DNA of 64,000 bases. Source: Klebsormidium nitens. Lineage: Eukaryota > Plantae > Klebsormidiophyceae. The DNA is taken from assembly GCA_000708835.1 (NCBI GenBank), contig DF236992.1, positions 204,513 to 268,512 on the forward strand, in the 5' to 3' direction. The stretch's first letter is position 1, and every line of letters starts with the position of its first letter. Below the pieces are notes generated by a model. It ran no database searches. It had not been told where the DNA came from and saw only the letters and a program-made list of their open reading frames with translations. Shown here in pieces: positions 1 through 12,700 of this stretch. The position numbers and the translations under genes were made by a program.

Positions 1-314
1 TGGAGTAAACCTCTTTCTTCTTTGGAATTGCGTGCGACATCACCTGATCAAAAAGGTGGTTTGCCTGAATTGTTAGACTGAAGGAGCTGGAACACTTGTT
101 CATGTTGAATATGTTTGTCTTTTGAGCATTCTCCATCCGAGTTGATAGTCAGTTGCCTTCGTGTTATTTTTAGAACCTGTCCGAGTTGATAGTCAGCTGC
201 CTCTGCGTTACTTTTGAAACACATGGTTTCGATTCGTTCACGTCACTTTTCTTAGTTCTTGTACTTCTCTGAAGTGCGGGATGGAAATCTAATGAACTGC
301 TGCTTTTGGAGCAG

Positions 315-3300
315 GCGGCGCTCATTCCAACGATTCCGTCTTCGAGAAGTCCCTATACAGCAAGGATGAGTCAGGTAAGGAGGAAGTTGTGTCTATTCAA
401 TTGTATGTACTGTAGCATGTATAGAATTTGATCGTGCTAAGACAGGTTTGAAATCCATTTAGCATCTACTGTGCTAATCTCGAATTTCCACCTAGGCTGT
501 TAGGTGTTTCCAGATTGCTTCAATGTATCCATGCTAAGTCCTGCGGCAAGCGTTGAAAATTCTGATGCCCCTAGCACTTTCTCTGCCTCGACAGTAATTC
601 GTTTTTCATCTGCAACGCTTTCTGAAATCCTCTGTAACGCTTTTGCTTTTTGTATTTTGTTGGTCTACTTCGTTCAGATTTTCTTCCATCGATTGGAAAC
701 AGTTTCCAGATGTTAACACTGGTTCTTTTCCAGTCCTTGCAGCCCCGAGGACTGCTGCCGACAGCTATTCCTCTGGATCCAGCTCCGCCTACAACAAAAC
801 CGCAGACACTGCTTCTGACCTGAGCTATCAGGCCCGCGACACGGCGGCTGCCACTTACGATCGTTCTGCTCAAGCCGCCTCCGACTCCTACCAGAAGGCT
901 GCTGACACCGCCTCTGATGTCAGCGCGCGCGCCGGCGAGACTGCATCCACTGCCTACAACAAGACTGCCCAGGCCGCTTCGGACACTGGGGCGTACGCTT
1001 CGGACACCACCAAGTCTGCGTACAACAAAACCGCCCAGGCTGCGTCCGAAACCGGGGCGTACGCTTCGGACACCACCAAGTCTGCATACGACAAAACCGC
1101 CCAGGCTGCGTCCGACACCGGGGCGTACGCTCAAGACACCGCCAGAACGGCTTACGACAAGACCGCCCAGGCTGCGTCCGAAACCGGGGCGTATGCTTCC
1201 GACACCGCCAAGTCTGCTTACGACAAGACCGCCCAGGCTGCTTCCGACACCGCCGCCTACACGTCAGACACCGCCAAGTCTGCTTACGACAAAACCGCCC
1301 AGACTGCGTCGGACACCGGGGCGTACGCTCAGGACACCGCCAAGTCTGCTTACGACAAGACCGCCCAGGTTGCTTCGGACACTGGGGCGTACGCGTCAGA
1401 CACCGCCAGGTCTGCTTACGACAAGAGCGCCCAGGTCGCTTCCGACACTGGGGCGTATGCTCAGGACACTGCCATGTCTGCTTATGACAAGACCGCCCAG
1501 GTCGCTTCCGACACGGCTGCTTACACCTCGGACGTTGCCAAGTCTGCTTACGACAAGACCGCCCAGGTCGCTTCGGACGCTGGGGCTTACACTGCCGACA
1601 CGGCGCGGGCCGCTTACGACAAGACCGCCCAGGCTGCTTCCGACGCCGCTGCCTACGCCTCCGACACTTCCCGGGCAACTTACGACCGGGCGGCGGAGAC
1701 GGCGGAGCCGTACAAGCAGAGCGCGGTGGATTCGCTGAACCAGACCAAGGAGACGGCCATTGACAAGACGGAGCAGACCACCGGGGCGTCCGACCTGCGG
1801 AGCGAGCAGAAGCCTCTGACGACCAAGGCGTACGAAGTCGTGACTGGGGCGGCGGGCGCGGTTGCCGGCGCTGCTGCAGCCACTGCGGAAGCCGCCGGGA
1901 ACGCTGCCTCGTCTGTTGCTGCGCGCGCCCAGCCTCATGTGGAGGCGGCGAAGGAGTCGGCGATTGACACGACGGAGCAGACCACCGGAGCCTCGGACCT
2001 GAGGAGCGAGAACAAGCCGCTGACGTCCAAGGTCGTGGAGGTGGCTTCGGGCGCCGCAGGGGCGACCGCTGGTGCGGTGGCAGCGGCAGCAGCGGCGGCG
2101 AAGCAGGCCCTGTTCGGCAAAGGTGAGACTGCCGTGCATTCGTCAGTTCCTACGGATCGTGTCTCATGGTACTCTTGTGCTCGCGAAGATGGTTGAGCTG
2201 TGCGAAAGCTGCAAGTCCTCTCGTTCTTTCGTGTTGCCTTCAAAGGTTATAGCGACGATCGGATAACAGATTGGGAGTTCTGCGTACATCAAATCATTAA
2301 ATATTTCAACGTCTTCAGTTTTTTGCTATCAGATTGCTGTTGTCTTGGACGTGCTCAGAGCTTCCCGACTTCGTCGTTTTTCCCCTCTCCTGCGCTTTGC
2401 TCGTCCGCTTTCTGGCTGCTTGTGAAGTCCTCGTTTCTATTTCATCTATCCGAGCACTCCGCTTGTTGCAATTCTATTCTGACGTGAAATATGCTCCTCT
2501 TCCCTGCACAGGCGCCACCCAGCTGGACGACAAGACCATCGCCGAGTCTAAGTACGTGATCGGCGGGGAGGGCCTGACCACCCCAGAGGGCAAGACCACC
2601 TCTGCTTACGCCTCTGACGCAAACCCCGCCGCAGTTGCTGCCGGAAACGCCGCCCGCCAGGCTGTCCTCAGCCCTGCCGCCACAGCCGCCGGCCAGGCTG
2701 CTCGCGACGCTGTCCTTGGTGGGTCGCAAAGCACGGGCACGGGCATCCACAGCGCGGGAGCAACACGTGATTCCAACATGGCAACCGCCATGATGGTCAA
2801 CACGTCCAACACGAGTGAGGGCCTCGATCATGCTGGGTCTCTTGAAAGTAATCGATCTTCGTTGGGACTTTGCACAAGTTTGGAAGTTTGCAGTCGGTTG
2901 CTATCTGAGCTTGATATCTTGCTGACTCTTGGGGTACGGAGAAGTATGAGTCTCCAAGAATTCTATGTTGTGAACTTTATGGCCACATCCCGAACTCCCG
3001 GACTTTGTAGGGATGGAGAAGAATCTTTCCTAAGATCCTCTTTTGTACTTTTTATGGCCACGTCTCGATATTGGCATGTGAGAATCGACTTGTCAACAAT
3101 TTACAGGTCTTTGCTCTGCTTCCTCAAGCCGAAGAAGAGTATCAGCAACTTTTTTGTGGCATTCGTTCTTCTTCGACATTGTTTGGTTTGCGAGGCTGCC
3201 TGCTCACAAATCGCTCCCCCAACTGCAGCCCCCGAGTCCGGCAGCCTGCTCTCGTCCGGGACCGCCCCCCTCTCCTCCGGCACCGGTGCCACCCCCATCA

Positions 3301-5270
3301 GCACCGGCTCTGACTTCAGCGACACGTCAGCAACCTCCGGCGACGCGCGCACCATCTACCAGAAAGCGGTGGACGCTGCGACTGGCGCCAAGGAGGCGTT
3401 CTTCGGGCACCCGGTTGGGACGCCCCAGGCGGTCGTGGCCCAGCAGGAGGAGGCCGCGGGAAGTGTGCCGCCCCCGAGCCCCAGGACGCTCGCTCAGAAG
3501 GTGGCGGACGCTGCGACCGGGGCCAAGGAGGCTTTCATGCACGGCATCGTGAGTGTCGCGATGATAAGTTATTTTTTTTGTTGGATACGTGATGGATAAA
3601 TGTGCGTCCTTTTTTTGTCTGAATGGTAGTGATTTGCACTTACTTCGTCGACCCAGGGATTCCCTACCCCGAGGAAGCTGTAGGGATGGAAAGAAGAATG
3701 TTTCGATGAGTAAAAAGGCTCCGCCATCTACAGCGTCGTATTACGTCCTCGTCCCCAAACTTTTGTCGGAGCTCAACGAGCCTACGTACAGAACCCAACG
3801 GCGAAATTTTTGATTTGTTTGCTTTGAATCTTCACCTTTTCCTAGACCTTTAGATAGACTTTTGAAGGCTCGGCCTCGGTTGAGGGGCCAGGGAGGAACA
3901 TATGCTGATTCCGACAAGTTGGCAATCCCATTCAGTCTCGACATCTAATCATCTCTTCCCCTGTGCAGGTCATGACACCCGAGGAGAAGAAGGCGGCGGA
4001 GGCCAAGGAGCTGCTGGTTGCCCGCATGCAGGATGCTTCGCTGGTGGATAAGCCGGTCACTCAGGTTGCCGGCGAGGCAGCCGTGACGACCAAGGAGTCC
4101 GTCTTCGGTCCCCCGGAGGCGGCTGCCAGGCACGGGTTCGAGAAGCCTCTAGCGACGCAGGCCCAGGAGGCTGTGATCCAGGCCAAGGATGCGGCGGTGC
4201 CGTACGTTCAGGCTGGTACGGCCCCGAACTTGATGCTGGTTTTCGCAGACTTGGTAATTTTTTTGGTCTGTACTGCTGACCTACTGGGATCGTAGTGGGA
4301 CGTAGGAGAATGAACATGCAGAAATGCGGAAAGGTTTTGACCGTACTTGTCACGTTGTCTTTAGCCAGCCGCATCAATTCGGTGAGGATCGATGAAACCG
4401 AATCCCGCCTTTGCGTGACGGTGCCAGTCTGAAAATTATCGCTTTGCTATTGAAAAATCTGTAATAATGTTTCGTGGATGGTTCGGGCTCTTGACGATCG
4501 AGGAGACCTCTTTCATATTTGGTGCTGTAATGTTCGGGACTCTAATCTCCCCATGAAGCTCAGTCGACGAGCCTTCCCTTATCGTCGGCAGACACATCGA
4601 TTAGCACCTAAGTTTGTTCCCCACCCTGCCTCCTTGAAAGTACTTTCGTTCTGCAAGGCATGTGCGTTTTCGATTTGGCCCCATGGCTGTGTTCCTAATC
4701 GCTTCTGCCCAAGTACTGCCCGGCTCGTTGTCTCAACCAGACCTTCGACACAGTTTCTAAGCACGTACCTCCTCTCCGCCTTCAGGTGTTCAAAATGCGA
4801 CCCCGTACGTCCAGGCCGCAGCCGACAAGACCGCCGAGCTGGCCGCCCAGGCCCGCGACACCGCGGCCCCCTATGCCGCCCAGGCACGTGACACCGTCGC
4901 CCAGTCCGCGGTCGCCGCCAAGGACGCTGTGGTGGGCGCTGCGATTACTGCCAAGGACACCGCCGCAAATTACGCCGGCCAGGCCAGTGACGCCACCTCC
5001 GCTTACGCTACTTCAGCGAAGAACGCAGCCGCGGATTACACCGGAGCCGCCCAGCAGAAGGCGAGCGATTACACGACTAGCGCCAGGGACACGATGCAGG
5101 GGAGCGGCACGGGTTCGGCGTCCCAAGGATATGACAATGATGCGGCACTCAGGGCCGTGAGCGGGGGGTCTGCGCTGTCCGGGCAGGGGGAGCACAAGGG
5201 CGGGATCGCGGCGGTCATTCACACTGGCGGGAAGGGTGAGTGGGTTGCGGGAACGCCCCCTGCCGAGTAA
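315..5270 (+). CDS. Large LEA (group 3/LEA_4-like) protein, >930 aa, 5' end probably outside the window. Exons 315-374, 734(or 743)-2122, 2512-2814, 3229-3548, 3969-4215, 4786-5270
   Basis: GT-AG junctions join in phase throughout. The protein is Ala/Thr/Asp/Lys/Gln-rich with 11-mer periodicity (TAQAASDTGAY/ASDTAKSAYDK). The 3' end is uncertain because a possible donor (G|GTGAGT) lies at 5236. Confidence 0.8.
952..1680 (+). repeat. Coding tandem repeat, 66-bp (22-aa = 2 x 11-aa) unit, about 11 copies
   Basis: Repeated gcttacgacaagaccgcccagg...gacacc motif encoding AYDKTAQxASDTxAY. Confidence 0.9.
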
Positions 5271-6780
5271 AGATGATGTTTAGCCTGGAGGTTTCTGAGT
5301 GTGGGTACGATATGCTGAGTTGGAATGTGCTGAGTTGTACAGTATGGGACAGAATGAGGAGCCAGCAGTTGCAAGACGGTCTTGTATGCTGGTACCACAG
5401 GATCCCTTTGGATAGGGAGAGACCAAAGCTAAGATAGTGTACGGTTTGTCCCGATTTTGGCAGGCGTTATCATGAGGTTGGGAAGTATCTTTTCTGTAGG
5501 TCTTGTATTTAACTCTTCACTTAGTGCACGTCGTCTTGGTTACATTTGAGGCAGTGACTAGTTACCATAATAGAATAGGATTTGCACAGCAACCGCTCTT
5601 GTATCCACACTGAATGGCTATAATCAATTCAGCGTCCAATTCTGATCTAGCATTCCATAGTCCCGGATGATAAATATTGTTCCTGTAGTTTCTGCAAGTA
5701 TGCATGTCGTGTAATTATATCTGAGCCTTGATATCACTGGCCCGAACTGTCGCACTAAACACTGCAGATTTTAATTTTCTATATCAACCCCTCGGATTGT
5801 TTCATACTTTCTCGTCAAGCACAACATCTGGAAATGCTGTACACATATATATGCCTAAGTGCTGACAACGATATACTACTACCACGAGTTGGGGCTGGGT
5901 TCGAACATTGAGAATGGTGCACTTCAGTGAGTCGCCTTTATAATAGTACACCCCTACTGCTGAGTCTAATACTACATGCGCTCTTTGCTAGCTGGGAGAT
6001 ATAATATAAAGCTTGCAGCGTCACATCGAGACAATTACTGCAGGATGGAGCATATTGCTCCTAGTTAAACGTCTACAAGCGTATTTGCACAAATCGACAT
6101 GGTAAACCGGACCATGTGTGCATCATACGCGCGCTGGTTGTGTGCGAGTCGAATATACAAAATTACCATGCTTCTGATGAAAAACCTGCATGCGCGCACC
6201 TGATCGTATTTATCGGAATCGACCCCTTCAACTCAAATACACATAGTGCCCATCCCAGATGCGAGCGAGGTTTTTGTTGGAGGTGCCCAATAGTGCATAT
6301 GCCCCTTGAGTCTTGAGTATATAACCATGATGGGCGTGCGGCTCAACGAATATATGAGCATGTATAAAGTCTTCTGCGTGGAAGCTTGTCAGAAGATGTG
6401 GACCATACCATTGCATGCATGGTCCTGGGGCCATGCAATCCAGCTAGCGGCTTTCACATATGATGCCGTCGCCCACGCACAGCATTGCATTCGCCCACTC
6501 AAGTTCGAAAATCAAAACAATGTTTGCTTCTTAGATGGACCTTATGACCAGATAGACGGGCAAGGCCATATGGCCGTGACACTTGAATGCAGACTGAGTC
6601 CCTCCTACGAATTTGTCAACGCAGTACCTTTGCAGCTTTACACAAGAGCAGCGAGCTATACGATTTCGGTGAGTAGGATATCAAGCGTATGCACAGCGTA
6701 CGAATCGTTGGGCGAAAGGTTTAGGTTTAGTTCCTGCCCTGAGGTTCCTACCTTACCTTTCGTACCTAAGGTGTATTGCG

Positions 6781-9700
6781 TTATTGCGGAATATGCACTG
6801 CGGATTTTAATTGTAGATTGGAGACCCTGACTGCGCCCAGTAGTTCCTCAGGAAGCTCGCTTGCAGTGTTACCCTGCGTGAGGAATGAAAAGATCTCTGC
6901 TAAGATAGGTGTGACCATTTCAATTGAAAACGGCCTTGTCTCGACCCACCTCGAAGTCTTTTGTGCATCCATTGCTTTGAAACACAAGAGCGGCCTCCCT
7001 CTATTACCTAACACAATGTTCTCACCGCAAGGGCATAGGGACACTCTCTGAGAGAGGGAATGATACCACATGTATCCACTTCCTCCGTTCAACATTGGCG
7101 CCTAACCCTTATTCTTCTCTTTTTTCTGAAGCCGCATCCGGCTTTCAGAAAGTGGAAGCTGAAAAAGTGTGTATCTGAAGTGCTAAAATCCGAGCATTTG
7201 CGAACTTCTTCGTGGGCTCTGGACCCGATTTGGGCCCAATAACAGCGTCAAAAAAGAGCGCTTCAGACTGAGATACGTACCTGCACCAGGTAGGCCATGT
7301 CAACGGTGAGGTAGGGGAAATAGCCCATGGCCAGCCCCAGGATTCCGTTGGCCACCACGGACGACCCAATGTCGACGTCGATCTGAAGGAGACGGAACCA
7401 CAGAAGTTTTAGGCCCTTACCCATGGATGGTTCTGAGCAGCTTATGGGCTGGTTAGAAAGTGTTTTATATGTTCGATAACCAGACTTCAGCGGTGAGTGG
7501 CCTTGGAACAAGGTCAAAGCCCGGTTCCTCGTCCAACAACCTAAGACGCAATATTAGTTATCAGCCTGGTTAGCAGCCAAGATCTTCAAGTGAAAAGGCG
7601 GCGCGCAATCAGCTAAGCACAAATCAAAACAGATGGTTGAACAACTAGACCACGCACTGCGCTCTATCCGACTGTATTCTCATCGTTTCCTCAAGAAGGG
7701 AGCCAAATGAAGCGTCTCAATCGTCCAAGGACCCAAAACAGCAAGAGGGTTCTTCGTATGACCCTGGCAGATCTTTTCCCTCAACCACTCTCCAATTTCA
7801 GAGGAGTAAATAATCATCACTCAACAGGACCGTTGTCCAATAGTGTAGAACGGCCCATCAACAGCCCGACTCGACAGAGCAGCCGGTGGCACATGTGACG
7901 AATGGGTGTCAGCCTCGGAGCCTGCCCCCAAGCGGGCCATGTTTCCTTTCTGTTGCCACGTCAGACGATCTTATCCCCTCAGCCACTGAACGGACAAGCG
8001 CGCGGAGAGGGTCTCACCTCCAGGTAATTGGCCCCCTGGAAGTATGTACATTCGAGGGCCTTGCCGAGCAGGCACGGGGTGGAGCCGACGGACTGCTTCA
8101 CGATCCAGCTCCCCTGTGACAAGGCCCCGGACACGTGTCAGTCTGAGAGCAGCAACCGGAGGTTGCATGCAGTTTGTTGTGATTAGCTTCGTTCCGCTCA
8201 AAGCAAGGCCTTTACTGTGACCGAAGGCTCAAAGCAAGGTCTTTACTATGACCGAAGGCTCTACTTGTGTTGCACTCGAACACAGGGTATCATTTTTCGG
8301 GCCCCAGGTCAAAGCCAGAGGAGTTGAAGGAGATTGAGCTTGGCTTTCCAAAATCCTCTGACTTTCGGTCCTTTGCTATCATGTCAGGGCCGCCCCAGCT
8401 TGAGGGATTCAGGGAACTTGCGGCAAAGCCACGCTTCGCACAAGGCCCACCTTGGGAATGGAGGGGATGAGCTTGAGGCGGCTGTTGCGGAAGCTGTCGT
8501 CTCCGTGCACGAACCGATAGAGCAGGCTGCCCGGCGCGAGCGGCCGCTCGTGCGCAAAGTAAAACACCATGCTGTAGTGGGTCACACCGGGGACCTGCAC
8601 GGGACGTTGACTCGGTTCATGTCTAAGAACTTTTGATCGACTGTAAGAACTTCAATAGCCTTGCAAGTAGGGAAAAAGGTATGGTTCAGTACAAGCCTGC
8701 CACAATGCTTTGCCTTGAGGATTGGTGTGCCAAGCCAGGAGAGTGCAGAAGTCATCTCATCTTCGGGAATGGTTCCTAACGTCTTCATCGTAGGCAGAAT
8801 CCCAAAACTCTGCCGGTACTGAAAACGGGTTGACTACCGACGAGAGAAGCTTCCTTTTTCTCCGAACCTTCAGCAGTTTCTTCCATACAAAGCTGCAGCA
8901 ATCAGGCCGCCGCGAGCTTTGAAAGTCAAACATCAAAGTCGGTGTCTTGACATAAAGCTGCTGGCATCTGACGACGTTTTCGAGCACATGAGACCGACTT
9001 TCAACGAACCTGCATGTTGACCACAAACAGAAAGACGTCGCCCCCCGCCCGCGCCGCGTGCTCAACGACCCCTCCCTCGCGTAGGGCAACGTGGTCGATG
9101 CGCTTGTTGGAACGGTACCAGTCCGTTGCAACGAGCCGGCACAAAGGGTCCCCAGCACGAATCTGCGAGGTTTGAGGGGTATGTTAAATTCTTGGCCCCC
9201 CGGCAGATTAGACGCGATTTGAAAGATCTGCCAAAGACAAATGCGGATGTTTAAGGTTGAATGTTGAATCACGAGAGGGGTTTCAAGACGGCTAACGATC
9301 GAAGTGTGGACAGGCAGAGTCAATAGCAAGTGATCCCGCTGTTGAACAACCGTTCAGACATGCGGGTGCAACACGAGTATCAACCTTTTGAGCAAGCATT
9401 GTGATCTCCTCCAGATCGCTCATGCTCATAGGTCAGTGGAAGGCTCACCTTTCGCCGATCCATGGTAAATGTCTTCCCGCGCACTTTGAACGGCCGCCCC
9501 CCGGGCTCGGACCAGCTGTCCTTGCCCTTGAGGAGGTCCCCCCGCCGGTGCGTACCCAGGTCTTCCAACTCCTGGAAGATGCTCGCGCTTGACGGCAGCT
9601 CTTCCGTTTCGAGCGGGATCTCCGCAATGGGGGATTCTGCAGAGCCGGGGGGGTTTTCAGTGAGGTTCGGGCGTTCGGGCGTCCGGACTTTAGTTTAGGG

Positions 9701-12700
9701 CACGTGAGAATGCGATTGAGCGCTGCATAGGTTTCCAGAAACCGGATGTCGAGGTTGCCCCTTCAAGGAACCGGTAGTCGAGATCGTCTTTGCAGGAACG
9801 AGGCAGAGGACAGCAGTCAGAAGCGAGGAAGGCGAGTTTCGAACGACTTCGATGCGTTTGGGAGCTTATTTTACGGCTCTCAGCTCTCAAGCATTGCCCG
9901 AGTTTATTTGACACCAAAAACTGATGGAAGACTGATTGCACCTCACCAGTCTCCCCCGTCGACACCGCAGTGTCTTCCCCGAGATCCGTCGCTGCCTGCA
10001 AATCCAATTCCGGGTCGTCCTCCGAGCTCGACGCCTGGTCCTCGCCGCTGCCCTCAACACTCCGTCGAACGACGCCGTTACCGCCCATCTCAATACCGTT
10101 ACCGCCCCCGTCACCTCGCCATTCTCCCCCCTTGCGCCGCCAGGGCATCTGGCAATTGTGAACTAGGCGCGAGGGGATCTTTGGACGGTGTCCCGATGGC
10201 ATCCGGACGCCCGTGTCTTCGTCCTCGTCTGCATCGTTGATGCTTGCAAAGTTGATCTTGAACGTGGGAACTTCGGTCGCCGAGGCAAACATCTCGCGCA
10301 GACCTGAAGAAAAAGCGAGGGGGCTCTGATTGAGCGAAGAGATTCGAAAGAATATGTTGGGAAGAGACAAATCACGGGAAAGACAAAGCAAAGTCGATGG
10401 AATGTGGAGACGGGGAAAGGAGCTCGAGATGATCAAACGGAAATTGGTTAGCTTTCGAAGAAAAAGGGGGGCGACGACAGTACTCAATCTGAAAGATGGG
10501 CCCGAGGACACATGAAATCAGGTCGATTGTAGAGCCTCAGGAGCAGTGGAGACTTTGCATATTGCGTTTCGACAAGTTGGCAAGCAGAGCCCGAATCGAA
10601 CCAACACACTACAGGAGCAATCCCAACTGATATGTTTCCCCAACCGGATTTTACGACACCAAGAGGACCCCCGAATGTTCCGGGTAAGCAATTCTACTCG
10701 CCTTTAGCCCTTACATCAGCAGATGAGGATCGCCTCTGAATTCCATCAACACCTTCATATTGGAATTTGGAGGCGAAGCAAGCAGGAAGGCGTGGTGCAA
10801 GCAACGGGAGACTTAGAACCGGCAATTGAAATTCAACAGCCCACAAACGCAGAATCAACGAAATGGGACAATTAGAACACAGGCACCGAACGACATGACC
10901 CAGAGATCGACCAAGGAGCTTCTGAAGCAGCGACCACCGCGGAAGGCTAGAGTGCATGTACAGTTGTCAATTTCGTTTGCAAGCGTTTCCCCACGATGGT
11001 CACTTGTTGAAAATCGTACTCAAGAGCGACTTAAGCACACAACAATAAAACCTCGCGCCCACCTGCAACGCGCTTGAGCATGTTCCAGGTAAAGTTGCGC
11101 TGCAGGATGCAGCGGCCGAGCGGCATGAGCCAGCCGCGCACGTCCAGCTGCAACACGTGCTCCACGCGCGACCGGCAAAAGGCCACATCCTGGCCGGCGC
11201 GCGGCTTCACGGGGGAGATGATGTAGCCGCCACCTGCAGGTAAAGCGCTTTTGATACTAAACGAATAGCCCAATTGGATGATATACGATTGACTCCGAAG
11301 CTGTGAGAGGGTGAGAAGACAACGAACCGGCTACCTAGAGGGGAATAAAGGATTAAAGCGGGAAAAACGACGGGGGCAATGACTCGGCCGCGGGCTCGAC
11401 TTCCAGGTCTTGAAAGGATAGTCGGGATTTTGAACGGTCTCCAATCCTGGCTTTCCCGAACCGTCTTGCATGAACCTTTGACGAGTTGACCGCAACCACG
11501 GAAGGGTGACAGCAACACGCTCAACGCCACGTGGTAACTTGTTCTCGGCTGATCGAGTCCCCTTTTTTATCGCAGGACAGCACACCAACGCCACGCCTCA
11601 AAAGAGCGAAGGCCGTGAAAGACGCGACTGGATTAGCTCGCTGCGAATAAAGAAACTGGGGGCGCTCACTGGTCATGTTCGCTCTGACGTAGCCCGGCTC
11701 GGGCGGACAGTCCGGGTGCTCGCACGATTGGTACAGCACCTCTGCACACGCAGATTCAATCGTTAGTGTGCGTGAACCCTGCATAGACAACTTAAATGGC
11801 ACGGTGCTAAGACCCTCTGATGCTATCCGAAGTCATGGCCGTCAAGATTAGACGCCGCTAATTCTAGCTGCGGAAGTCAGGCAAGCCGCGACGCTTAATT
11901 TTACCCACGCTTCTGCTCAACTCGTCCGAAGTGCGGCATCCCACGAATTCCGTGGTTTGCCTGGAGGGGTTCGGTTCATCGCCAAGGCTGAATGCCAAGT
12001 ATTGCAGATCGTGACGCAATTGGTTCGCAGTCCACGTGGGGTTCTGGGCTCACCGTACGAGCCGTCATCTTTTCGCCTCCAGTAGCGCGTGTAGCACAGG
12101 TCCCGTTGCCAGATGAGCCTGCGCACAATGAAAAGCTGCCGTCATGTGCAGTTCGGGGCGGCACGATGCAGTGGAAGTCAAAGGAAAAAACGTCTGCTTC
12201 TGTTCTACGCTGCCAGCTTCCACTGGCAGACCATTTTGCCGATTCGGTTCAACAAACAGACAATGCTGACTGCCTGCACAATGATGCATGAAGAATGTCA
12301 ACGGGAGGTCTTTTGAACTGGGCGTTCTCTCGAGACGTCCTGCATTGCAAAGCATTACAAGGGCGAACGAAAGATGCGCAATGCTCACCAGGGCAGAAAG
12401 TCTTGGAGCAGCGTCTGGTGGATGATGTCGGTGTGGCCGTCCACGTGCTGTACCACGCGCGACTCGCCAAAGGTGGCGTCCCAGCTGAGGAACGAAGGAA
12501 ACGGTTTCGTCAGCTTCTAAGAGAAACGAGGAAAAGCAGGACTTATTGCTGAAGAGAGACCCGGTGCAAATCCCGATGGTTCTCTAGCAGGGAGGGTATT
12601 GAAATCTGAGCGCAAGGATGCACTCCAGAACAAGCGGGAACGAGCAATGCCTTTGTTGAGTTCTGAAAGCTAATTAAGCAATTGCGTCCAGAAGCTCTTT

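Noticed and set aside
571-2139. Long antisense and alternate-frame ORFs over the LEA repeat (571-1134, 917-1738, 920-1678, 1396-2139)
   Set aside because: These are shadows of a GC-rich repetitive coding exon with no independent features.
5880-5930. GGTTCGAAC B-box-like motif, suggesting a tRNA or SINE
   Set aside because: No cloverleaf, A-box or acceptor stem.
6000-6780. ORFs 6116-6316 and 6306-6830, with faint resemblance to hAT transposase words (MWT, GHAIQL)
   Set aside because: No convincing catalytic motifs or TIRs were seen; this cannot be supported without an HMM search.
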